From: Folioceros fuciformis
Lineage: Eukaryota
Direction of reading: 5' to 3'
DNA length: 62,092 nucleotides
Assembly (NCBI GenBank): GCA_049999805.1
Contig: JBNGIO010004818.1
Coordinates: 1-62,092 of the forward strand
Shown here: positions 1-9,143 of the stretch, in pieces
How positions within the stretch are numbered: the first letter of the stretch is position 1
Layout of the letters: every line of letters begins with the position of its first letter
Position numbers and translations under genes: made by a program
The notes under the pieces: generated by a model
What the model was told of the DNA's origin: nothing
Database searches by the model: none
What the model saw: only the letters and a program-made list of their open reading frames with translations

Positions 1-65
1 AAATGAGAGTGCCACCCATAGGTCCATAAAAGAAGGGATGAACCCACTTAGTATATGCAGTCTAA

Positions 66-1240
66 CTCCCTCTTCACTTGTATTGTGTTGTTTTGTAATT
101 CTCCTTTTTATTTGAGTCTAAGAGCCTTGTTATAGTGCTCTTAGTTTTGGGATTCTGCATCTTGCTTCAACTAACTTGTTTTAACCTCCTTTGAGCATGG
201 CGGGGGTAACATCTCAACAGGGTCCTCATATACTACCTCGTGGTCTATTTCCATGTCCCCCTCTTGAGCAGGAATAGAGGACTCAGGAGCGGGCTGCACT
301 TGGGGAGCAGAACTAGCAATTGGTGGCACCAAAACTGCTTGAGGGATAGAAGCCATAGGAGGAGGAGGAACACCACCAGTCAGAAAAGTAAAGGTCTGAA
401 CAAAGGGATCAATAGAAGTATCACCAGAAGAGCGAGGAGTGCTCGAGCCAAAGGAAGCACCATCTTGCACGTCAAGAGGAGGCTCAAATGACGTCGCAAG
501 AGCAGGCACTATCTTAGCTTCATCAAAGGTGACAGTGCGGGCGTAGATAGGAATCCGGGAGTCCCAAGTCCACGAGCTTGTAGGCTTTGCGGTCATCGCC
601 ATAACCGACAAACACCAACTTGCGAGCACGAGCATCAAGCTTGTCGCGAAGCTGTGATGGGACAAGAGCATAAGTAGGGCAACCAAAAACACGAAGATGT
701 GAAATTAAAGGCTTGCTCCCATGCCAACACCCGTATGGAGTACGGCCAGAAACCGACTTGGTGAGGACTCTGTTCTTAATGTACAGTGCAGTAGACATAG
801 CCTCAGCCCAAAAGGACTGGGGTAGCTGGGACTGTGCTAGTATGGCATGAGCCATGGACATCAAATCGCCATAGGCCTTCTCAGCAACGCCGTTCTGCTG
901 AGAAGTCTAGGGCACTGTAAACTGACGCAAGACACCACGCTGCTCGCAGAACTCGCGAAACTGATGGTTGTTGAGTTCTCCCGCATTGTCGGAGCGAATA
1001 CACCGAAGTGTATGGCCAGTTTGTAACTCAGCCATAGTAACAAAGGGTGAGAACACATTAAACGAGTCACTCTTAAGACGGATAGGAAACACAAATGTAT
1101 ATCGGCTGACGTCATCCACAACAGTCATAAAGTGATCCGCCTAAAGACGAGACAGGGAGAGGACCACATAAATCTACATGGACCAAATCAAGAGGTGCCA
1201 AAGACCGATGAGCAGGAAGAGTAGGATAAGGGGAACTTAT
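66..1240 (-). mobile_element. Ty1/copia fragment: integrase core plus linker running into a PPT-like tract; RT/RNase H absent
   Basis: Minus-strand peptides LVHVDLCGP, VVDDVSRY, IRSDNAGE and FWAEAMSTALYIKNR...HLRVFGC...KLDARA are copia rve motifs (ORFs 907-1128, 523-864, 171-692, frameshifted). Purine tract GAAGAGGGAG on the minus strand at 66-75. Confidence 0.85.
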
Positions 1241-1301
1241 CCGACAATATCCTGGTATAACCTGGTATCACTTAGGTGGTAGATAACTACGAGTTCAATA
1301 T

Positions 1302-1352
1302 GGGTTTAGGGTTTTAGGGTTTAGGGTTTAGGGTTTAAACCCTAAACCCTAA
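1302..1352. repeat. Interstitial telomeric repeats, head-to-head: (TTTAGGG)~5 then (CCCTAAA)~2
   Basis: gggtttagggttttagggtttagggtttagggttt|aaaccctaaaccctaa; 1321-1352 is a perfect 32-bp palindrome. Confidence 0.95.
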
Positions 1353-3483
1353 GCTTGGGGAAGAACTTGTTTTCCGTGAGTGCAGCCACCTCTCTAGGAT
1401 TGGTAGTGAAATTACCATTATCGGAGGAGGAAGCCTTATCAAGTGAACCATATGATTACGAAAACAACAATGAAGGTTCGTACCAGTCTCTGAGCCTCCC
1501 TCCTCCTGCTCCATATGTGCCACCACCAACACATGATACAGTACCAAGCATGTTCCCTGATGATGATGATGAAGAGTCACCAATGCAAGGAGGAAGTGAG
1601 GCTGGTAGTAGTCACTCAGGAAATTCTGGAGACAGTGAACAGCATGAGTCACAACCGAATGCAGGTGAGAGCAGCCAAACGGATCCCGCTGAAACTGAAC
1701 AACTACGGAGAAGTAGCAGAAGACACACTTCCTCACCTGCAGAATGGGACACACCACCGCTAACGTACAGTTCATTCCTGGTACAGAGTGATAGCACACC
1801 AGACAGTCTAGGGGAGCCTCTATGGTATAAAGAAGCTATCAACTGCTCAAAAGAAGCTACGTGGAGAGAAGCCATCGATCCTGAATATCAGTCCTTGGTT
1901 GATAATGGCACTTGGTAATTGGTAGACTTACCGAAAGATAGAAAGGCAGTAACCTGTAAGTGGGTTTTTAAGAAGAAACTTGCTGCAGATGGAAGCGTGG
2001 CATGTTTTAAGGCAAGGCTCGTTGCGAGAGGCTATAGTCAGGTCGAAGGACTTGACTATACTGAAACATTTTCCCCAGTAGTGAGAGTCACCTCGGTACG
2101 TACAGTCTTTGCTATTGCAGCTCAACGGGACTTTGCCATGGAACACATGGATGTAAAAACCGCATTCTTGAATGGAAACCTGGAAGAGACGATTTACATG
2201 AGATAGCCTCAGGGCTTCCAGGATACAGCACATCCTAACAAAGTCTGCATTCTAATAAAAACAATCTATGGCCTAAAGTAGTCGCCTCGAGGTTGGTACA
2301 ATCGAATTGATACGTACCTTAAAAGGTCTAGCTTCCATCAAAGTGAAGCCGATTCAAATGTTTTCAAGATGGAGGACAAGGACGGTATCGTGTACTTAGC
2401 CCTGTACGTGGACGATGCAGTTATTATATCCAGCAACCCAAAGTCGATGGCCAAGGTGAAATCGATACTTACCTCTGAATTCTCCATGTCGGATCTGGGA
2501 AAACTTACCTCGTTCCTTGGCATTGAGATACAGCAAGACCTTGCAGCACATACTGTGATGATTCACCAAGCACAGTATGTCAGTCAAATACTTGCAAGGT
2601 TCAGAATGTCAGACTGCAAGCCAGCACTTACCCCAATGGCTATGGGAGAAAAGCTGACTATGGAACAATCTCCTAAGACTGAGGACGAATGCTTGCAAAT
2701 GGAGAAGGTACCCTATCGATCAGCAGTCTGCTCCTTAATTTACTGCAGGAACTAGACACATCCACACCTATCACATGCAGTGGGAGTAACGGCGCAATTC
2801 CTGACATGCTATGGCACATCACATTGGACAGCAGTTCAAAGGGTTATGCGGTATTTGAAAGGCACAACTAAGCTGGGCCTACTTTACAAGAAGCGTCCTG
2901 AAAACATCCTACTGACCTGTTTTTCTGATGTTGACTGGACGTCGGATTCTGACACTCGGAAGTCCACATCAGCCAACTGTCTACTATTGGGAGCGAATGA
3001 ATATGATGCCACGGTGATATCATGGTATAGTAAAAAGCAGCAAGTGGTTGCTCTGCCCTCCACTGAGGCTGAGTATGCTTCTATAGCCACTGCTGCTCAG
3101 GATATTGTGTATGCAAGGGAGCTCCTCTTTTCACTTGGTGAAACTCAGCATGACCAACTTAAGTAACTTGCGCGAGGACTGAAGAAAACTTTGAATGTTA
3201 TGAAAACATGCCTGCCTAAGTGGGAGTAGAGGAATACCTAACATGCTAGGTTTAGCTATTAAATAGTCAGGCATTTATTTTAAATTATTAAGTAAGCGAA
3301 CGGTCGTAGGTAGGAAACGCCGTAGCGTTTCATACAGTCATGGTCAATGACGGTTAGGTTCACGCTTTCGTGAACAACCGCAACACTTCACACGCGCGAC
3401 CCAAAAGGGTCTCACGGACACAAATTTGATTCATTCTTTTGTCTCACAAGATTTGTTCACGATCCTACTAGCGTAGTTCTCTA
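1347..3483 (+). mobile_element. Decayed, internally deleted Ty1/copia element (post-protease stub, linker, RT, RNase H, candidate 3' LTR)
   Basis: PKLGKNLFSVS joined directly to the post-integrase linker. RT motifs CKWVFK, KARLVARG, MDVKTAFLNG, LYVDD; RNase H motifs FSDVDW, ISWYSKKQ, STEAEY. Several in-frame stops. Confidence 0.9.
3227..3483 (+). repeat. Candidate 3' LTR (257 bp) with TAGAG...CTCTA inverted termini
   Basis: Follows the PPT-like AAGTGGGAG (3218-3226) and ends where LINE coding sequence begins. No partner LTR in the window. Confidence 0.55.
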
Positions 3484-4971
3484 GAGTGTGGGAAAGGTAG
3501 TGAGGTGGGAGCAGCTGTGGTCAGCCTCCTACGGATCACTCTCAGCTAAGGTGTCCGAGGCCCAACATAGGGAGCTGGATAAGCCGATTACAGCTGAGGA
3601 AGCACTCCAGGCTTTGAAGGGGATGCTGAGGAATAAATCCCCGGGGCACGATGGTATCCCGCCCAAGTTCCTGCTTTGGGGTTGGGAGTTTATGGAGCCT
3701 TTATTCATGGAGGCTGTGGCCATGAACTGGGAAGAGGGCAGCATGGGGAGTTGGTTTAACATGGGGGTCATCACCCTACTCCCTAAGCAGGACACCAGTC
3801 CATCAATTTCCAATTGGCGCCCAATCACCCTACTTACAACTACGTACAAGGTGATAGCCAAGGTACTGGCCAACCGCATCAAGCCTTTTATGGACGATTG
3901 GATTGAGAAAGAGCAGAGGGGGTTCATCCAAAATCGATGCATTCTGGACAACCTTCTACTCTTGTGGGAAGCTAAGTATAATGTCCAGGTTCAGAAGAAA
4001 GTTGCAGTTGTTATCTCCCTAGACTTTTGCAAGGCATATGACTCCATTGAGTGTCACTTTTTGTGGAGATGCTTGCGTAGCTTTGGTTTTGGGAATAACT
4101 TGTGTAGGTGGATTGCCATTTTGTGTGAAGATGCAGGAGCCAAGGTGGCCATCAATGGAGCTTTTACGAAGCGTTTTGGCATTCATCGCTCGGTACGTCA
4201 GGGGTGCCCCCTAGCTCCATTTTTATTTATTGTCGTGACTGATTTCTTTCTTCGTGCAGTTAAGCAAGACCAGGCAGTCGAGGGTGTTCGCAATCCGCAT
4301 GGATCGCAATTAAGGGTCTCGGCTTTTGCAGATGATACCCTTCTTTTTTCCTCGGTAGAGGAGACCTCTTTGAATGCTTTGCTCCGGCAAGTCGAGGTTT
4401 TTGGGGAGCTGTCGGGTTGCAAGGTTAATTGGGAGAAGACCCGCATGATGTGTCTACACACGGAAGGGGAGCTGCCTCGATGCATCTGCCATATCCCGAG
4501 GGTGTTGCAAGGGTCCACTCACAAGTATCTGGGACTTCCCTTCCATGAAGGGGATGAGAACAGTGAGATAGGGAAGTATGTGTTCCTCAGATTCATTCGT
4601 AAACCGGCGAGCTTGCAGATGTTGGAACTTAACCTCGCAGGAAGGTTGGTGGTGATTAACCATATCATAACAGCCTCTCTTTAGTATTATTTGTTCTTGT
4701 GGGCCCCCTCCAAGGCAGAGGTGAAGAGGTTGCAACAGATGTTGACCTCATTCCTATGGAAACGTGCGGGGGACAACTCAGCGGGGTGCTCTAAGGTGGC
4801 TTGGCATCACATAATCCAGGCATGATGTTTGGGGGCCTAGGGGTGGTTGACCCGGTTGCCAAGATGAAAGTCCTGCATGCTTAGTGGGTTGTCAGGGCGG
4901 CGGATCCTGCCTACTACCCTTGGAAGAGCCTGCTAACACAACATCTGGAGTGCACGCAAGCTATTCCTCGG
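3484..4971 (+). mobile_element. L1-clade LINE ORF2 fragment (reverse transcriptase domain)
   Basis: ORF 3488-4684: KSPGHDGIP, WRPITLL..YKVIAK, QRGFI, LDFCKAYD, RQGCPLAPFLF, FADD, KYLGLP. Continues past stops to KVAW...GGLG. Confidence 0.92.
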
Positions 4972-5125
4972 TGTTTGTTGCTAAGAGCGGAAAGAACAAA
5001 TTGCATTGTAAATAAAGAAAATTAAAATTGAGTTCACATCTTGTTCACTATATATGTGACTCTAGGTGTCGTTTCATATTTCTAACCCTAACTAGCCTGA
5101 CCCTTTCACTTTTAACACTCCCTTT
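4972..5125 (-). repeat. Candidate short 3' LTR (TGTT...AACA, ~4972-5117) with adjacent PPT
   Basis: tgtt at 4972/4976, ...tttaaca at 5117, followed by ctcccttt (AAAGGGAG on the minus strand). Interrupts the LINE frame. Confidence 0.5.
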
Positions 5126-5256
5126 AAAGGTAGGCTTAGTTAGATTAAACATGTTCACACCACTGCGAATTCGTTACGTTCGATTTCGCGCCGTCACTGT
5201 ACTGACATTCTCGAGTTAGCCTTGGTTTCTCGCTGCCGCAAACATTTCCTGAAGCA

Positions 5257-5516
5257 TGTTAAAATCCTAGAAGTAGGATTGCATCTAATCTAGCATGATT
5301 AGGATTGCATCTAGTCTAACATGATCAAGATGCAATGCTCAGAGAGATATTTTGTGTTAGTCTCTAAAAAGTGTATACAAAGTGTGTCTTAAATAGTGTC
5401 ACTAGGTGTCTCTTATGAACAGGCACACCCGTTTGTAATTATTAACTACTATTAATTATGGTCTACAGTAACTAGCTAGTCGGCAGGGTTACAGGCAGAT
5501 TATCCATTCCGTAACA
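5257..5516 (-). repeat. 3' LTR of the gag-only element
   Basis: Direct repeat of 8210-8469; about 18 substitutions in 260 bp by manual count. Confidence 0.95.
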
Positions 5517-5599
5517 CTCCCTCTTAAGCTAAACGTAACCTAACTGGTGGTTGAGGCTATCTCCCATGGAGCGCGATGCTCCTCTTTGATGTGCTCCCT

Positions 5600-6938
5600 C
5601 TAAAGGCTAATTAGAGCCTTTACATGCCGTCTTGAGGCACGGCACTGAAGAGGCACAAGTCAGGATTTGTGGTCCTGAAAAGATAGCATGACCCCCTTGA
5701 AGCAAGCATCTTAAGATCGCCTTGCTTCAGCAGCTAAGTCATGGAGACCAGGTTTTTGCCCATTTGTGGGACTAGGAGCACAAGCTCCAAGGTAAGCACC
5801 GAACTATCCTCGAGGGGAAATTTGCAAGTGCCTTGTCCCATGATTGGCAGGCTGGATCTACTCTATTCGTCACCGAGTAACACCCTTTCCTTGAGAGGAC
5901 GAGTATCCAGCTTGGTGAATAGAGTATGATCGTTGCATATGTGGGCGGTGGCTCCACTGTCCAGATACCACCCCACATCCTGATGCAACTAGGTTGAGGC
6001 AAGCCGTAAGTATCTTTACGGTTCTTGTCTCCATTGTGCTGGTGTTCCCCTTAATTGCAATACTGGCTACCTGTCACAAGTCAGCCTTCTGCGGCTCTCC
6101 GGCCTCTTTCTTGCGGCACTCTCGTGCCCAATGGCCGGCAGCTCCGCACCAATCGCAGTTTCCAGCTCGACGAGGAGGGGCAAAGGTTGAGTCACATTTA
6201 GGGGTGAAGTTCGCCTCGCCCTTCGAATTCCTCCCGGGCTTGAAGCGGGTGGAAAGCGCCCTGTCTGCTTTGGGCTTGGACCCTCTTGCAAAACATAAGC
6301 GGCTCTACTCCTGCTGATACAGAGAATCGATGATGTCCTCCACTGTTAGAGTGGGGGCGGTACCCGGCTTACCTTGAGTTGATACCAACATCAGGCTAGT
6401 AACAAAATTCTGTTAAGACGGTGGTAAGCTCATGACGCAGCTATGCAGCGGCATCCATCTCCGACATGGTTGAGCCAAGAGAGGCGAGTTGCCCTCACAG
6501 CTGTCTAAACTTCAAGGTGTGAGCAGAGATTGTATCTCTCTCCTTCATCCTTAAGGAGTTGAATTCCTGCCTTATACTATACAAGGTTAGAGCGTTGTTA
6601 ACATTGTAGGTGTTAGACAATTGGTCCCAAATGGTAGATGCATCTGAGAGAAATTCAACACTAGGCACAAGACTTGAATCCAGGCCGCTGATCTGGAGTG
6701 CCACATCTATCCCATTCAAATAGTCCCATCTCTCAACGACGGCGACTGGCGGAGGTGGAGTGGTAGAAGGGTCGGGCTTTGGAAGGGTGCCGTCGATGAT
6801 CTTCCAAACGCCTCGGCCAATAAGGATTGACTTCATCCGAACGCGCCACACAGGGTAGTGCTGGCCGTTGAATCGGTCTTTCTCTCTAATGTGGTCGGTG
6901 AAGACGGGAATCGAGCCAGTGGAGGGAGTACAAGCCAT
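5600..6938 (-). pseudogene. Disrupted copia gag-protease
   Basis: FNGQHYPVWRVRMKSILIGRGVW (gag N-terminus), CCHC knuckle CDWCGAAGHWAREC (~6115-6158), protease WYLDSGATAHIC (~5935-5970). Stops and frameshifts present; 3' end approximate. Confidence 0.85.
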
Positions 6939-7269
6939 GGTAGCCAGTAGCATCAAGCGAAAGCGAGTTGAAGGGTTGTATAAGCTGATTCACCACGTCT
7001 CCGTGAGTTGTGGTCATAGGACATCAAGTTGAGTGCTCATCACGGGCTCTTGGTGTGGCAGGTGAACAAAAAAACGAAGGGTCCCTCCTCCATAAGTGCC
7101 GACAGAAGATCCTCAAAGAAAATAATTATCCCTCTTGCTTTCTTTTAATTTCTCTTGGGGCATGGGCGTGCTTCACGTTCAGCATCTTCCTCTTCTTCTT
7201 TTTTTTGCTTAGGTACTAGCGAAACAAAAAATGTCAAAGAAAAAAAACATATTAGATCCGTTGGAGAGT

Positions 7270-7366
7270 AACGGGGTGGCACCCGTTCGGAACAGGTGTG
7301 CCGTTCTATTGAACGGGTGTGCCGTTCTATTGAACGGGTCTGCCGTTCTGCGAAACGGGACACCCC
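7270..7366. repeat. 21-bp tandem repeat (~3 copies) of hairpin-forming units inside the element leader
   Basis: GAACGG-GTGTG-CCGTTC-TATT units at 7290, 7311 and 7332, preceded by AACGGG-GTGGCA-CCCGTT at 7270. Confidence 0.85.
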
Positions 7367-8197
7367 ATTTCGTTGCCCCCCTTATTCGAATCGTTATCCA
7401 ACTTAAGTTGGATAACGGTTCGCCTACGGGCAAACCAAGGAGGCAGCGAGGCAAGGGCGCCTCCTCCTGCAAAGCCCTATGTCTGAATTTGGTGTATTTC
7501 AAGTCAGGATCAGCCTAGAATTGCCTCTCATCCTGCAATCTTCCACATCCCCTTAGATCCGCCTCAATTCTCGACGGAGTTTGTTCGATTCTTGCTATTA
7601 GGCAGAAGTTGAGTAATAGGGGGCAGATCCTCTATAGGATTACCTTCTCCCCCTACACGCCTGCAGATTGGGGGAAATTGAGCCAGTTTAGAGACACTAA
7701 GATCGACCGAGCTCCAATCCCCCTCTTCCCCAATCAGGCTCCAATCAGCAATTTCTCATGAGTTGAGGCGCCTAATTCTTGGCAGAGGAAGGGCGCACTG
7801 TAGGCGCGACCAGCCCTGGCTTGAAATCGATGTGAACGGGGCATCGGCGCCTCCGATCGGTGTGCCCGAAGATCCTCCTTGGTTTCATTTATGCTCCCAG
7901 CGATTCATATGTACAAAAAATATACACCTTGAAAATCGTCTTCAAGGAGAGTAGAGAGGGTAGCTCGTGCTCTTTCCAAACTCTAGAGTTAAGCATCTTG
8001 GGGTTGGATCAGCACTTGGATGGGAGACCTATTTTGGTGCATTCATCTTTTTTTCTCCCTTTTTTCATCCATCAATTTGGATTTGCTCTCAACTGATTTG
8101 CTTCTACAGATCTATGGAGGGGGTTGTCGAGAGGTCGTACACTACTTGACAACAGATGCCCAACCATAATGCGAAGACAATTATAAAAGAAGTTCAT

Positions 8198-8209
8198 GCT
8201 CTGATACCA
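8198..8209 (-). promoter_or_regulatory. Primer-binding site complementary to initiator tRNA-Met
   Basis: TGGTATCAGAGC on the minus strand immediately inside the 5' LTR. Confidence 0.95.
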
Positions 8210-8469
8210 TGTTGAAATCCTAGTAGTAGGATTGCATCTAATCTAGCACGATTAGGATTGCATCTAGTCTAATATCATCAAGATGCAATGCTTAGAGAGA
8301 TATTTCGTGTTAGTCTCTAAAAAGTGTATACAAAGTGTGTCTTAAATAGTGTCACTAGGTGTCTCTTTCGAAGAAGCACACCCGTTCATAATTATTAACT
8401 GCTATTAATTACGGTCTATGGTAACTAGCTAGTCGGCAGGGTTACGGGCAGATTATCCATTCCGTAACA
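8210..8469 (-). repeat. 5' LTR of the gag-only element
   Basis: Direct repeat of 5257-5516, flanked by the PBS and the TSD. Confidence 0.95.
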
Positions 8470-8553
8470 AAGCACTATCATCACAATCTCTGTTTTTGAC
8501 CTTGCTAGCACCATCGTTTTGAGGCATCGCTCTCTGCGTGGGTAGCTAGAGAC

Positions 8554-8937
8554 ATGAAGACGCGAGGGGGAGTAAACTACGAATGTCCCTTAACGTATCA
8601 AAGAAGGAAAAGGGGGAGGAGCATCCACGGGGGAGATGCGGCTGCTGATTTGAAGTCACCTCTAGGGGCGCCATGTCCCACATTGGAACAATCGACGGCC
8701 AGTATCAACAGCTTCGCCATCTCCAACCATGGGCCTTTTTCAGGATTTAGGGAAGCACAGGGGACGGTGGAGCCGGAGCGTCCAGCAAGGATGCACTACT
8801 CTCTGCATGTGGCTCTAGTCCTAGCTGCCAAGCTGAAGGCTGCCATGGAGAGGATAGCAGAGCTGGAATCTATGCTGGCTAGTAGCAGGGTACTGCCGCC
8901 AGGTGATGTAGAGCAGGGGGTGAAGTCTGCTATATAG
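8554..8937 (+). other. TE-associated ORF of unknown function (basic N-terminus, coiled-coil-like segment)
   Basis: 127 aa: MKTRGG..RRKRGR..LAAKLKAAMERIAELESML. The frame stays open about 30 codons beyond the TAG. Confidence 0.35.
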
Positions 8938-9143
8938 GAGATGAGTAGCATTGCCAGGAGATTAGGTCTTAAGCTTAGCTTCATCCTCCTTTGCAAGGCC
9001 ATCCATCTCCCTTTGTTGTTTCAATAAATTGGAAATGCATGTGGTGTTTGCAGCTCCTGTGTGCCTTCAAAGAAGACTGAAGGCACAACATCATTTCCTA
9101 GGGAGCCTTAGGGTTCCCGCCCCACCCCACAACCTCAGATAAG

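Larger units (their letters stand above)
5257..8469 (-). mobile_element. Complete non-autonomous copia-derived LTR element encoding only gag + protease (TR-GAG-like), 3213 bp
   Basis: 260-bp LTRs at 5257-5516 and 8210-8469 (TGTT...AACA), TSD AAGCA at 5252-5256 and 8470-8474, tRNA-Met PBS at 8198-8209, PPT at 5517-5525. No IN, RT or RNase H between protease and PPT. Confidence 0.93.

Noticed and set aside
1263-1270. TGGTATCA resembling a tRNA-Met PBS
   Set aside because: Lacks the GAGC continuation and an adjacent LTR end; it is part of a 10-bp tandem filler.
7290-7349. CRISPR-like palindromic repeats
   Set aside because: Contiguous units without unique spacers, no cas genes, eukaryotic TE context.
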